Below are positions 9,964 to 19,583 of a DNA stretch of 55,065 bases, piece by piece. The stretch spans positions 1-55,065 of the forward strand of contig JBEBGB010000001.1 of NCBI GenBank assembly GCA_040081675.1, written 5' to 3'. The stretch comes from Vicinamibacterales bacterium. GTDB taxonomy: Bacteria > Acidobacteriota > Vicinamibacteria > Vicinamibacterales > CAVVIG01. The notes below the pieces were generated by a model, which was given only the letters and a program-made list of their open reading frames with translations, made no database searches and was not told the DNA's origin. How positions within the stretch are numbered: position 1 is the stretch's first letter; every line of letters begins with the position of its first letter. The position numbers were made by a program, and so were the translations under genes.

Positions 9964-11124
9964 ATGACCAGACCAAGCATTCGCACGAACAACTTCGATC
10001 TTCTTCGGTTGCTCGCCGCGAGCCAGGTCGTTGCCCACCACGCGCTCAACTACCTGCAGCTGTTCAACACGTCCGCACTCGTCGATCGATTCGTCTTCGC
10101 GACGCTGTTGTTGCCGGGCGTGCCGATCTTCTTCTTCGTCAGCGGCTTCTTGATCAGCAAGTCTTACGAGAGCAGCGCAACCCTCTGGCAATATGCGCGC
10201 AATCGAGCGCTGCGCATCTACCCAGCCCTCATCGTCTGCACCATCGTGAGCGTGGCCGGCGTGTTCGCTCTCGGATATTTGCCGCGCCCGACAGTTTCGC
10301 CCGTGACATTCACGGCCTGGATCATCGCGCAGATGACGTTCGTCCAGTTCTTCAACCCGGACTTCATGCGTGGGTTCGGCGTAGGCGTCTTGAACAGCAG
10401 CCTGTGGACGATTGCCGTCGAACTGCAGTTCTACGTGCTCGTGCCGCTTGTCTACTGGCTGTGCGGTGACAGTAAGAATCGGCGCAGCCTGCTGACGCTG
10501 TGCGGGCTCGCCGGGATTTCCTTGATCGCGAACACCCTGCTCTGGCACCTCGACCCCGATAACAATCGCACGATCGTGGTGAAACTTTTCAACGTGTCGT
10601 TCCTCCCGTGGTTCTACATGTTTCTGCTCGGCGTGCTCGCACAGCGATATTTTGCGGAACTGCACGCGCTGTTGGCCGGTCGAGGGCTGATCATGGCTGC
10701 CGCGTACCTGGCGGTGGCGGCGTATGCGCGGGTGTACGCGGGGTGGCCGACGTCGAACGACATCCACCCAATTCTCTTTGTCATTCTGGCGGCCGCGGTG
10801 TTTTCCGTGGCGTTTACATTGCCGACGCTGTCAGAACGACTGCTGCGACGCAATGATCTGTCGTACGGGGTGTACGTCTACCACATGCCGATCGTCAACG
10901 CGTTCATCTACCTTGGATGGAGCGGCAACCTGACGGCTGTCCCGCTCATCTTCGCGCTGTCGTTCGCACTTGCTGCACTCTCGTGGCGACTGGTCGAGCA
11001 GCCATTTCTCGCGCTGAAGAAGGGTGGCCTGGGACACAACGTGCCGACCCATGGGCAGATACGGCCCAGCAGCGCCGAGTCTGATTCGGCTCGCGCCAGC
11101 GCTGCAGCCAGTGCGCGCCTTTGA
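9964..11124 (+). CDS. Acyltransferase family 3 membrane protein (polysaccharide O-acyl/acetyltransferase)
   Basis: 386-aa polytopic protein beginning 'NNFDLLRLLAASQVVAHH' (the typical AT3 N-terminal His motif), with about 10 hydrophobic segments. Confidence 0.8.
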   Translation: MTRPSIRTNNFDLLRLLAASQVVAHHALNYLQLFNTSALVDRFVFATLLLPGVPIFFFVSGFLISKSYESSATLWQYARNRALRIYPALIVCTIVSVAGVFALGYLPRPTVSPVTFTAWIIAQMTFVQFFNPDFMRGFGVGVLNSSLWTIAVELQFYVLVPLVYWLCGDSKNRRSLLTLCGLAGISLIANTLLWHLDPDNNRTIVVKLFNVSFLPWFYMFLLGVLAQRYFAELHALLAGRGLIMAAAYLAVAAYARVYAGWPTSNDIHPILFVILAAAVFSVAFTLPTLSERLLRRNDLSYGVYVYHMPIVNAFIYLGWSGNLTAVPLIFALSFALAALSWRLVEQPFLALKKGGLGHNVPTHGQIRPSSAESDSARASAAASARL

Positions 11125-11145
11125 CGCCAGGCCGGACCTTCTGGA

Positions 11146-12399
11146 CTACCGTTCTGGCGTCGGGTCGACGCGAACATAGCGCGGGTTTCTGGCGAGCGCA
11201 CGCAAGGGCAACGTGCGGACCTCGTGGTGGGATCGGCGAGTCCGCATCGCGGACCTGCGATCAACGACGGTCTGCAAATGCTCGGCGAACAAGGCAGCCG
11301 ACGCTTCTCGCGTGAGATTGACACTCTCGACCAGGTCGCGGGGCACATTCAGCGGACGCTCCAGCATCTCGGCAAGCGAATCAGCCAGGTCGCCGATGGC
11401 TCCGGCGATGACCAGACGGCTATATGACGGGTGCGCGATTTCACGATTGCCGCCAACTCGGGTCGTCACAAACGGCGCGCCGCATTCAATCGCTTCCCGG
11501 AGCACGACTGCGATGCTCTCGGCGTAACTGGGAAGTGCAAGCACGTCACACGCTCGAAACCAGTCGGCGAGGTCAGCGTGCGTGTCCACGCCCGCGAAGA
11601 ACATATGGTCCTCGAGGCCTCGCGAGCGGATCACGCGCCGAAGACGGCTCGTTCCGAGTTTCTGCCCGACAAAGTGACACCGAAAGGCAATGCCGCGGTC
11701 GCGCAGGATGGCGCAGGCTTTGACGAGATCAGTGGCGCCCCTCGACGCGGCCGTGTCACCCGCAAAGAGGACGATGCGCCCGAACTGGGGCAGCCCGAGG
11801 CTTCGCCGCGCGTCATCTTGCGCACCGGCGTGGAACTGCGCGCGTGAGATGCCCTCCGGCACGACGTGCACCCGGTGCTTCGGTGTTCCGAGCGCGACCA
11901 GTCTGCGTCCGTGCGCACCGCTGGTCGCAATCACGGCATCGGCGCCGCACAACTCCTGGATGATGCGCTCTCCGCGACTGCCATCGGGCAGCGGCGAACT
12001 GGACCCGGACACGTGCAGCACAACAGGAAGTCCGGTCTGCTGACCCAGCCGCACAGCCGCCCAGCCGTCGGGGTACGACCAGGAGCTGAGGATCGCATCC
12101 GGCTTCTGTTGGCCTACGAGTCCGCGCACGGTGGCACGGACACTACGCTCGAACGACGTGCCGTCGCGATCTAGCTGGAGGCCGGGTGTTGTGAAGTAGG
12201 TCGGATAGAGCACCTGAACGCCGTCGGACCACTCGGCGGTGTCGGAGCGAAGGCCGCCGACAACCGCGTGCATCATCGCAGTCCAGGGAACCGGACAGAT
12301 GATGCACAGGTCGTGATGCCGCGCGAGGTCGGCAAAGTCCGGCCGCTCGTGAAATGCCTCTTTCGGTTGGGTCCGTCGGGTGATGGCGAGGAGCCGCAC
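11146..12399 (-). CDS. GT-B fold glycosyltransferase (family 4-like), paralogue of 3273-4460
   Basis: 'LPSYAESIAVVLREAIECGAPFVTTRVGGNRE'. Colinear by eye with the 3273-4460 product ('YPTY', 'HVVPEGI', 'ADWFRA.DV..LPSY'). Confidence 0.8.
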   Translation of the reverse strand: MRLLAITRRTQPKEAFHERPDFADLARHHDLCIICPVPWTAMMHAVVGGLRSDTAEWSDGVQVLYPTYFTTPGLQLDRDGTSFERSVRATVRGLVGQQKPDAILSSWSYPDGWAAVRLGQQTGLPVVLHVSGSSSPLPDGSRGERIIQELCGADAVIATSGAHGRRLVALGTPKHRVHVVPEGISRAQFHAGAQDDARRSLGLPQFGRIVLFAGDTAASRGATDLVKACAILRDRGIAFRCHFVGQKLGTSRLRRVIRSRGLEDHMFFAGVDTHADLADWFRACDVLALPSYAESIAVVLREAIECGAPFVTTRVGGNREIAHPSYSRLVIAGAIGDLADSLAEMLERPLNVPRDLVESVNLTREASAALFAEHLQTVVDRRSAMRTRRSHHEVRTLPLRALARNPRYVRVDPTPER

Positions 12400-12513
12400 G
12401 ACAGCCTCCGGGGCGACTATCCGCCTGTTCGCATCAAAGCGCGATTGGGTTCAGGCGGCGTCCGCTGGTCGATGACGATCAGGCATCGTCGAGAAAGAGA
12501 ACGCGCTTGCGAA

Positions 12514-13902
12514 TTATGACGCGCCTCGACGCAGCAGCACCGTCTTGACCGTCTGGAAAACGATCAACAGGTCGAAGGGCAGCGTGAGGTTCTTCGCATA
12601 GTACAGATCGTACTGGAGCTTTTCGAGGGCATCCTCGACGCTCGCGCCGTACGCGTAGCTCACCTGCGCCCATCCCGTGACACCAGGCTTCACGACGTGT
12701 CGTTCGCCGTAGAACGGAATCTGCTTGGTGAGGCTCGCGACGAACTCGGGCCGCTCCGGTCGGGGTCCGACCAGGCTCATTTCGCCAACGAGCACATTCC
12801 AGAGCTGGGGCATCTCGTCGAGGCGGGTCTTTCTCAGGAATCGACCAATCGGCGTGACGCGCGAATCGGTCTTCGACGCCCAGACGGCGCCGGTACCAGC
12901 CTCCGCATCGGTGCGCATCGAGCGAAACTTGTGGACGACGAAGTGGCGTCCATGCTGGCCGACGCGGGTCTGGTGATACAGGATTGGTCCGTCGGATGTG
13001 TACTTGACGGCAGCGGCGACCAGCAGCATGAGCGGCGCGCCGAGCAGCAGACCGCCCGCGGCCGCCAGCACGTCGAACAGCCGCTTGATGGCGAGCAGCC
13101 ATTCCTTCTTGTGGAACCCGCTCGAGAACACGAACCAGCTCGGTCGCAGATTCTCGATGGCGATCTTGCCTGTGTATTCCTCGTACACCGACGCCAGATG
13201 ATCGAACTGGACGCCGGCGAGTTTCATTTGCAGCAGGCGATCCATGGGCAACTTGCCACGCGCGTCCGCCAGACTGACGATCACACGGTTCACCTGTCGC
13301 TCGGCCACGATGGCGGGAATGTCGTCGATCGTGCCGATGATGTTGGGCGTGCCAGGATCACCCTGACCCACCTTCGTGGCGTCAGCGTCGATGAACCCGA
13401 TGATGTCCACCGACAGCTCCACGCGCCGCGCGTAGAGTTCACGCGCCAGTGCGATGGCTTGGGGGCCGGTTCCCACGAGCAGCAACCGTTCACGCGACGT
13501 GCGGCCGCGCAGCCAGCGTTCGGCGAAACGCCAACCCGACACGATGAGAACGATGAGCAGGCTGGCGATGAGAAAGACGCCGCGGCCGATTTCCAGTGCG
13601 GGAATCCAGAAGTAGAGCACCGCAAGGACAAATGAGGCGGCGCCGAGGCCCTGGACCAGGCGGATGAAGAGTTCGCGGGGCTCAGCGTAGGTGCGCGAGT
13701 CGTAGAGGTCGGCGAAGTACAGGCATAGCTGCACAACGGTGGCGATCAACCAGGTCTTCAGATACCCGGCTTCAAGCGTGAACTTGAGCCACCCGTCGTC
13801 GCCGAGGCGCATCCACACGCTGGCGAGGACCGCCAGCATGATGAGCAGGTTTTCGAAGACGCCCAGCACCAAGACGCGCCGAGCGATCCGACGAGTCCAC
13901 AT
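12514..13902 (-). CDS. Large (WbaP-like) polyprenyl-phosphate glycosylphosphotransferase, initiating enzyme
   Basis: 462 aa. Has N-terminal TM segments, a central Rossmann-like region, and a C-terminal bacterial sugar-transferase domain 'PILYHQTRVGQHGRHFVVHKFRSM...LDEMPQLWNVLVGEMSLVGPRPE'. Confidence 0.9.
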   Translation of the reverse strand: MWTRRIARRVLVLGVFENLLIMLAVLASVWMRLGDDGWLKFTLEAGYLKTWLIATVVQLCLYFADLYDSRTYAEPRELFIRLVQGLGAASFVLAVLYFWIPALEIGRGVFLIASLLIVLIVSGWRFAERWLRGRTSRERLLLVGTGPQAIALARELYARRVELSVDIIGFIDADATKVGQGDPGTPNIIGTIDDIPAIVAERQVNRVIVSLADARGKLPMDRLLQMKLAGVQFDHLASVYEEYTGKIAIENLRPSWFVFSSGFHKKEWLLAIKRLFDVLAAAGGLLLGAPLMLLVAAAVKYTSDGPILYHQTRVGQHGRHFVVHKFRSMRTDAEAGTGAVWASKTDSRVTPIGRFLRKTRLDEMPQLWNVLVGEMSLVGPRPERPEFVASLTKQIPFYGERHVVKPGVTGWAQVSYAYGASVEDALEKLQYDLYYAKNLTLPFDLLIVFQTVKTVLLRRGAS

Positions 13903-14772
13903 CTATCCGCGGGGCTCCCGCTGCGGATCCGGCGCAGCTGGGGCGTTGCGGTAGCTGGTGTAGTACGAGGTCTGACCGTACGCCTGCAGGGTCGCATTCG
14001 CGACTCGGTTCAGCACGACGCCGATGATCTTCTCGCGTCCGATCTCTTCGACCGCTCGCTGGGCAGCCGGCGCGGGCGTCCGGCCGGCCACGACCACCAG
14101 AACGACGGTGTCGACCATGGCCGAGAGCAGGTGACCATCTGGCAGGAACGCGACAGGTGGCGTGTCGAGAATGACCCAATCGTATCGCTCGGCTGCCATG
14201 GAGAGCAGGCGACGCATGCGTTCGGACGTGAGTCCACTCATGGGATCGTTGCTTGGTCTGCCACCGGGCAAGAGCGTCAGGTGCTGGGTGATCTCGACCA
14301 GGGGCGGCAGACGCCCGCCCCCGTCGCCTTTCAGCCAATCCGACACGCCAGCAAGGTTCGGAATCTGGAAGGTGTCGTGCAGCGTCGGTCGTCGCAAGTC
14401 GGCATCGATCAACAGCACGCGCCGGCGATACGACTCGCTCAAGGTGAGCGCAATGTTGGCGGTCGACAGCGACTTACCTTCCGCGGCAAACGCACTCGTG
14501 ACCATCGCGGTCTTGATGCGACGATTCGCCTGGGCCTGGTACATGACCGCACCGAGGCGTCGATACTGTTCGATGGCCGTTGGCGCCGCATCAGGACTGA
14601 TCACGAGCCTGCCTGGCTGGGACGCGCCAAGCGCCAGGAGCCGTTCCGCCGTCTGTGCAGCCGATCCGACGCCCGGGGGCACCCGAGCCGCTTCTCCCCA
14701 GGCGCCGTCGTCGTCAACGCCCCTCAGAGCGCGGTCTTGTGTCGTGTCGTAATTGGTCATCGAGATGCTCAC
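13903..14772 (-). CDS. Stand-alone BY-kinase-type ATPase (CpsD/CapB-like tyrosine kinase)
   Basis: Walker A 'SAFAAEGKS', 'LLIDADLRRP', 'ILDTPP', and a Tyr-rich tail 'YGQTSYYTSY'. GTG start overlaps the upstream stop (GTGA). Confidence 0.8.
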   Translation of the reverse strand: MSISMTNYDTTQDRALRGVDDDGAWGEAARVPPGVGSAAQTAERLLALGASQPGRLVISPDAAPTAIEQYRRLGAVMYQAQANRRIKTAMVTSAFAAEGKSLSTANIALTLSESYRRRVLLIDADLRRPTLHDTFQIPNLAGVSDWLKGDGGGRLPPLVEITQHLTLLPGGRPSNDPMSGLTSERMRRLLSMAAERYDWVILDTPPVAFLPDGHLLSAMVDTVVLVVVAGRTPAPAAQRAVEEIGREKIIGVVLNRVANATLQAYGQTSYYTSYRNAPAAPDPQREPRG

Positions 14773-16325
14773 TGACGAAGTAGAACCGAGACGACGACGA
14801 TGACCACTACAGCCAGCGTCCCAAACACCATTTGAACGATGCGCTTGCGCTTCGTTTCGACAGCCAGGGCGCCGGCGGGCGTCGTCAGCTCCGGAATCAT
14901 CGCGAGCACTGGCAGCATGAGTGTGGCGACGACATCGGCGTCGGTCTTGAGCGTCGTGTCGCGATACTCGAGGAAGCCGGCGAGAAGCAGCCCCATTCCC
15001 AATCCCAACGCAGCGCCCGCGCCGTAGAACAACGGGCGGTTTGGACTGTATGGCTTCTCGGGCAGGCGAGCCGGGTCGAGAATCTTGAACTGCTCGCCAA
15101 TCTGGTGCCGTTCGAGGTTCGCGGACACCTGCGCTTCTTCCTTCTTCTGCAGCAGCGAGGTGTACGAACGCTGCAGGGTCTCGTAGTCGCGCATCAATTC
15201 GGTGAGCTCGGACTCGCGGGCCGGTGCCGATTCGACACGGCCCTGATACTCGCCGATTACACTGCGCAGCCTCACCTCTTCCTGTTCCTTCGCTCCGATC
15301 TGGCGGATGAGGCTTTCCAGTTCGGTCTTGGTCTGATCCACACGGGCCAGACGTGCAGCCTCGACCGGGTCGGCGCGAAGTCGTACGCGTTTATCGGCGG
15401 GGGTCAACTCGAGCATCGTGGCTTCGGCCGCAGCCTTCAGTTCGAGGTCCGCCACAACACGCTGTTGTTTGATCACATCGGGATGGGTGTCCCTCAGGCG
15501 TCTGCGAGCATCGTCGAGGTCCTTCCTCCCTTTGGCCAGTTCAGCGGCAGCCGGGGGCAGCGGGGCCTCTCTTTCGGAGGAAAGCACGCCGTCAGTCGAG
15601 GTGTCCATGTCGGCCAGTTGGCTCTGCAGCACGAGACGCCGATCGCGGTCGCGGTTCAACGAGTCGAGCAGCGACTGGATCTGCATCTGGGCGTTCTGCA
15701 TCACCTGCAGATTCGACTGGACCTGTGTCGGAAGCTGACCGCTGAAACGCATCTTGTACGCTTCGAGTTTCTTCTCGTGCTCCACCAGTCGATCCTTGGC
15801 CGCGACCAATTGCGAGTCGAGGAACTGGTTCGTACTATCGGCCAGCACTTCCCGGTCGCGCAGGCTCTCGTCGATGTACATGGACGCCAGCCGTTCGGTG
15901 ACCCGCATCGCGGTGCGCGGGGTGTCCGACAGGTAGCTGATTCGGAAGGCGTCGCTGCGGATGGTCTCGGTCTTGATGTCCTTCCGCATCTGTTCGACGA
16001 CGTCCTCCATGAGGCCGGTTCTCAGCTCGTTCGGATAGAGATTGAACTCCTTGATGACTGGCTCGAGGCGAGTGCGGCTCATGATCTGTTGATTGATCGA
16101 GCGGAGCCGGTCTTCGATACGCGTCGTGACCGTAGAGCGGACGTACTCTTCCGGCACACGTTGCGGCACGACCAGGATCAGCGTCTCTGACCGGTACCGG
16201 TTCGGGAGAAAGGTCACGACAACGGCACTCAGCGCCGTGACCACCGCAAAGGGGATCAGAATCGCTGGCCAGCGACGAAAGACATTCAACAGATCTTGCG
16301 GGTCGATCGGTTTTCCGGGTATCAC
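14769..16325 (-). CDS. Polysaccharide chain-length determinant (GumC/Wzz-like, no kinase domain)
   Basis: 518 aa. N-terminal TM ('ILIPFAVVTALSAVVVTFL'), a long charged coiled-coil periplasmic region, and a C-terminal TM ('GAGAALGLGMGLLLAGFLEY'). Confidence 0.8.
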   Translation of the reverse strand: MIPGKPIDPQDLLNVFRRWPAILIPFAVVTALSAVVVTFLPNRYRSETLILVVPQRVPEEYVRSTVTTRIEDRLRSINQQIMSRTRLEPVIKEFNLYPNELRTGLMEDVVEQMRKDIKTETIRSDAFRISYLSDTPRTAMRVTERLASMYIDESLRDREVLADSTNQFLDSQLVAAKDRLVEHEKKLEAYKMRFSGQLPTQVQSNLQVMQNAQMQIQSLLDSLNRDRDRRLVLQSQLADMDTSTDGVLSSEREAPLPPAAAELAKGRKDLDDARRRLRDTHPDVIKQQRVVADLELKAAAEATMLELTPADKRVRLRADPVEAARLARVDQTKTELESLIRQIGAKEQEEVRLRSVIGEYQGRVESAPARESELTELMRDYETLQRSYTSLLQKKEEAQVSANLERHQIGEQFKILDPARLPEKPYSPNRPLFYGAGAALGLGMGLLLAGFLEYRDTTLKTDADVVATLMLPVLAMIPELTTPAGALAVETKRKRIVQMVFGTLAVVVIVVVSVLLRQ

Positions 16326-16329
16326 TCCG

Positions 16330-17667
16330 TCACCTCACTGGCGGTTGCGGGGCATGGTTGCGGGGCAGTACCAGAGTCAGCCCCACGCGCGCGGTGTTCC
16401 TGTTGAATCGTTGCGGCAGGTCGATCGCCGACAGGCCGTCCAGCGTGAAGCGCTGTCCGTACAACGTGTACTGTGCGTACGCCGTCAGCTTCCGGCCCAG
16501 TGAAACCTGGAGCCAGGCGCTCTCGATCAATGCGCGGTCTTTGGTCACCGAGTCGATGCCGAGCGGCGCGCCCGAGATCAAAGCGGTGGAGAAGCCAAGC
16601 GTCGTGCGCTTGCCCACATTTCCGCCAATGGCCGCAGTCACGCCATCGCTGAAGTAGGGGATGAGCACGGCGTCGAGCATCTGCCAGCCACGGTCGTAGC
16701 TGGCGGCCGCACTCCAGGTCTGACCGATGTAGTGCGTCAAGATCGCATGGCCAAGAACGTTGAACTGCTTCGTCGGTCCGACAGCAACCGCCGTGTTCAC
16801 CGGGTTTGCCTTGATGAAGGTGGTTCCCGTGGTGAAGCTGAACGTTGTCCGCCGCGTCAAGGACATTTCCTTGTGAAGGTCCAACCCCACGTCGATGTTG
16901 TGCAGCACCGTCGGCGAAACGCCGCCGAAATGCGCGTTCCCGAACGAGTAGCCAAGGTGATAGCCAACCGTGCGGTTGATGAGATGCGAATACCGGCCGC
17001 CGACTTCGTGCATGACGGAACGTGACTGGACGCCGGCCACGCCGTTTCCCATCACGTTGTAGGTGGCCTGGATGTTATTTCGCAGGTCGATGACGTGCGT
17101 CGCCTTCGTCTCGACTGTGAACCGGTAGGTGCCCGCGGTCTGGCCGCCGGTGGCGAGTGTCGGGACAAAGGGCCGCGAGAGATCGGTGCCGCCGTAGTTG
17201 CCGATTCCCGGAAACGCGCCGACGTTGTAGTAGGGCGATCGGTTGGCCGTTTGAGCCGCAGAGATGGTGGTGTTGCGGCCAACCCTGAACCATTGAGAGG
17301 AACCGATGTCCGAGTCCGACATCAGCGAGGAATCTCCCGGATAGTAGATCAGCGTGTTCCCGGCATCGAACGTGTACCCCGATTTCCTGCCCGCACGTGT
17401 CAGCTTGAGCCGAATGCTCTCTCCCGAGTTCGCTCCCGAGACGATCGACGTACCGGTCACACCCTCAATCGTCTTCGAGTTGCTGCCGTCGTACGCCTGG
17501 AAGCCAGAGATGCTCAGTGCCCAGGGTCCATCGACGGTGGTGCCCGGCGGATCGGTCGTCAAGCGACGCTCCGGGGGAGCCTGCGCTTGAACCTGCGGCT
17601 GCCCGTGGGCAACGGCGGCTGCGCCGAAGAGGACACCGAGTACGAAAAGAACTGGAGCTGGTCTCAC
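16330..17667 (-). CDS. Putative outer-membrane beta-barrel protein of export module A
   Basis: 445 aa. Signal peptide 'VLFVLGVLFGAAAVAHG', an alternating Gly/Tyr/Thr/Asn-rich beta-strand pattern, and a start overlapping the Wza-like stop (GTGA). The fold call is pattern-level only. Confidence 0.6.
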   Translation of the reverse strand: MRPAPVLFVLGVLFGAAAVAHGQPQVQAQAPPERRLTTDPPGTTVDGPWALSISGFQAYDGSNSKTIEGVTGTSIVSGANSGESIRLKLTRAGRKSGYTFDAGNTLIYYPGDSSLMSDSDIGSSQWFRVGRNTTISAAQTANRSPYYNVGAFPGIGNYGGTDLSRPFVPTLATGGQTAGTYRFTVETKATHVIDLRNNIQATYNVMGNGVAGVQSRSVMHEVGGRYSHLINRTVGYHLGYSFGNAHFGGVSPTVLHNIDVGLDLHKEMSLTRRTTFSFTTGTTFIKANPVNTAVAVGPTKQFNVLGHAILTHYIGQTWSAAASYDRGWQMLDAVLIPYFSDGVTAAIGGNVGKRTTLGFSTALISGAPLGIDSVTKDRALIESAWLQVSLGRKLTAYAQYTLYGQRFTLDGLSAIDLPQRFNRNTARVGLTLVLPRNHAPQPPVR

Positions 17668-18368
17668 GGGACGAGCACCGTGTCGCCGATTTGCAGCAAG
17701 ACGTTCTGATTGAGGTTCTTCTGCTGTGCGACTTCCTTGTAGTTGAAGCGATAAGACGTCTGCTTCCCGTTCTCGGTGCGAAGTACGACGATGCGGTCCT
17801 TTTGGGCGTACTCCATCAGGCCGCCGGCCATCGCGATCAGCTGGAGCACGGTCGTCGGCACTGTCAGCGAATAGCCTCCGGGCTTGGTGACCTGACCAGT
17901 GATGTACACCTTCCGGCTGTTGATCTGCTTCACCACCACTGTGGCGTTGGGCTCACGAAGGAACTTCGCCGCAGCTTCTTCGATGGAATCCCGCAGCTGC
18001 GTCGGCGTCAGGCCCGCGGCCTGCACGTCGTTGATGAGCGGCAGGGTAATCTTGCCGTCCGGACGTACGGCGACCTCGCCCGACATTTCCTTGTCTTGCC
18101 AGAAGATCACAACCAAAACGTCGTCAGCACCAATGATGTAACCGGTCGGTGTGGCGACACCTTCGGGCAGGTTGGCTGGTGGCGTCGCTCGCGGAGCAGG
18201 CTGAGCTGCACCAGCTTGCGTTCCGGTCGGAGTCGTAGGACGCGCTGGAGCCGTGGCCCTCGGAGCAGCGGGGCTTGCCTGTGCGCCACCGGCCTCGACT
18301 TCTCCGGCACCCACTGCGCAGGCGACGACGATGACGATCGGTGTGATGAGGCGGTGAATGAAACGCAT
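17664..18368 (-). CDS. Periplasmic polysaccharide export protein (Wza-like, Poly_export + SLBB)
   Basis: Trimmed to ATG 18368 ('MRFIHRLITPIVIVVACAVG' signal). Motif 'YIIGADDVLVVIFWQDKEMSGEVAVRPDGKITLPLINDVQAAGLT'. Confidence 0.8.
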   Translation of the reverse strand: MRFIHRLITPIVIVVACAVGAGEVEAGGAQASPAAPRATAPARPTTPTGTQAGAAQPAPRATPPANLPEGVATPTGYIIGADDVLVVIFWQDKEMSGEVAVRPDGKITLPLINDVQAAGLTPTQLRDSIEEAAAKFLREPNATVVVKQINSRKVYITGQVTKPGGYSLTVPTTVLQLIAMAGGLMEYAQKDRIVVLRTENGKQTSYRFNYKEVAQQKNLNQNVLLQIGDTVLVP

Positions 18369-18373
18369 ACTGC

Positions 18374-19504
18374 CTATAGTCCTCGGTACTCCCGAAATGG
18401 GAGCTGACACTCGTTCTTGCGGAGGAAGTTGAGGAACCGCTTGTACTCGCGTTGTTCGAGATTGAAGAGCTTAGCCACGATCTTATAGTTTCCGCGCGAT
18501 TCCTGCAGGGCTTTTCGCACAAGATCGCGAATATTCGCCCGTGTGATGTCTCGCTGTACATATAGGGGGTAGACAGCGGTCCAGAACGATTCGCGCTGTT
18601 CGATCATGCGGCTATAGAGCTCGTCAGACACGGTTCGACGCCGCTCCCTGAACGGCTGGTTCGGGACAACACTGGCAGGGCGCGCTCGCCGAAGATCCGA
18701 GGGCAGATGCTCGGGTCCAGCAGCAGCTTCGCGGCCCGTAAGCGCAATGCGCTCAATCACATTCTGGAGTTCACGTACGTTCCCTGGCCACTGGTAGTCG
18801 GCCATCATGGACATGGCGTCGGGGGTGACGCTTCGAACCGGGCCAACGTGACGATCCGCGTACATGGCCAGGAAGTGCTGCACGAGATCCGGAATGTCGT
18901 CCCGACGGTCGCGAAGGGGTGGCACGGACAGATGGATGACGTTCAGACGGTAGTAAAGGTCCTCTCTGAACTTGCCCTCCGCAGCCATCTGACGAAGGTT
19001 TCGGTTGGTGGACGCAATAATCCGCACGTCGACGCGGCTGGCCGCCTGGTCGGAGCCGATTTTCTGTATCTCGCCGGTTTCGAGGAAGCGAAGCAGCATG
19101 CCCTGCATTCGCAGCGACATTTCTCCAACCTCGTCCATGAGCATCGTTCCGTGGTCGGCCACCTCGAACTTGCCGGCCTTGTCGCGATAGGCGCCTGTGA
19201 AGCTGCCCTTGAGGTGGCCAAACAGCTCCGATTCCAGCAGTCCATCCGCGAGACCCGCGCAGTTGACCGCAGCGAAGGGGGCCTGTGCTCGACTGCTCGA
19301 TTCGTGGAGCGCACGGGCGACCAGTTCCTTCCCCGTGCCACTCTCGCCGGTAATCAGGACCTTCGCGTCCGCGCGAGCGATCCGATCGATGGCGCGCTTC
19401 AGGTCGAGGATCACCTCGCTACTCCCGATGATCTGCGAGCTGCGGCTTGTGGTGGTCATAACGGTAGGCAGAGAGCTGACTGCGTTTCGGTCGCGCTGGG
19501 ACAT
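18374..19504 (-). CDS. Sigma-54-dependent transcriptional activator lacking any N-terminal sensory domain
   Basis: The AAA+ core starts about residue 35. Walker A 'GESGTGKE', intact sigma-54 contact loop 'GSFTGA', Walker B 'MLMDEVGE'. C-terminal HTH-like '[30 protein letters not shown]'. Only 5 nt separate its stop from the Wza-like start. The start codon may be ATG 19459 instead. Confidence 0.85.
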   Translation of the reverse strand: MSQRDRNAVSSLPTVMTTTSRSSQIIGSSEVILDLKRAIDRIARADAKVLITGESGTGKELVARALHESSSRAQAPFAAVNCAGLADGLLESELFGHLKGSFTGAYRDKAGKFEVADHGTMLMDEVGEMSLRMQGMLLRFLETGEIQKIGSDQAASRVDVRIIASTNRNLRQMAAEGKFREDLYYRLNVIHLSVPPLRDRRDDIPDLVQHFLAMYADRHVGPVRSVTPDAMSMMADYQWPGNVRELQNVIERIALTGREAAAGPEHLPSDLRRARPASVVPNQPFRERRRTVSDELYSRMIEQRESFWTAVYPLYVQRDITRANIRDLVRKALQESRGNYKIVAKLFNLEQREYKRFLNFLRKNECQLPFREYRGL

Positions 19505-19514
19505 TCCTTTAACT

Positions 19515-19529
19515 GCAAGGCTCCGGCCG
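19515..19529 (-). promoter_or_regulatory. Candidate sigma-54 (-24/-12) promoter element
   Basis: The minus strand reads CGGCCGGAGCCTTGCA against the consensus TGGCACG-N4-TTGCW. GG and GC are at the correct spacing and 9 of 12 defined positions match. It lies only about 11 nt upstream of ATG 19504, so it implies a leaderless mRNA or use of ATG 19459. Confidence 0.3.
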
Positions 19530-19560
19530 GGCCGTCTGCGACGGTCACAAAATCGGCTGT

Positions 19561-19583
19561 AACCTATTTTGATTGAATAGGTT
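19561..19583. promoter_or_regulatory. Perfect AT-rich palindrome AACCTATT-N7-AATAGGTT (candidate operator)
   Basis: 8-bp perfect inverted repeat with a 7-nt spacer, located in the divergent intergenic region between the sigma-54 activator and the GGDEF gene. It is strikingly AT-rich for this sequence. Confidence 0.35.

Noticed and set aside
9477-9967. Small ORFs (101 aa and 90 aa) in the 500-bp gap as real genes
   Set aside because: They have Arg-rich low-complexity composition, no RBS, and no recognisable motif. The interval is treated as non-coding pending transcript data.
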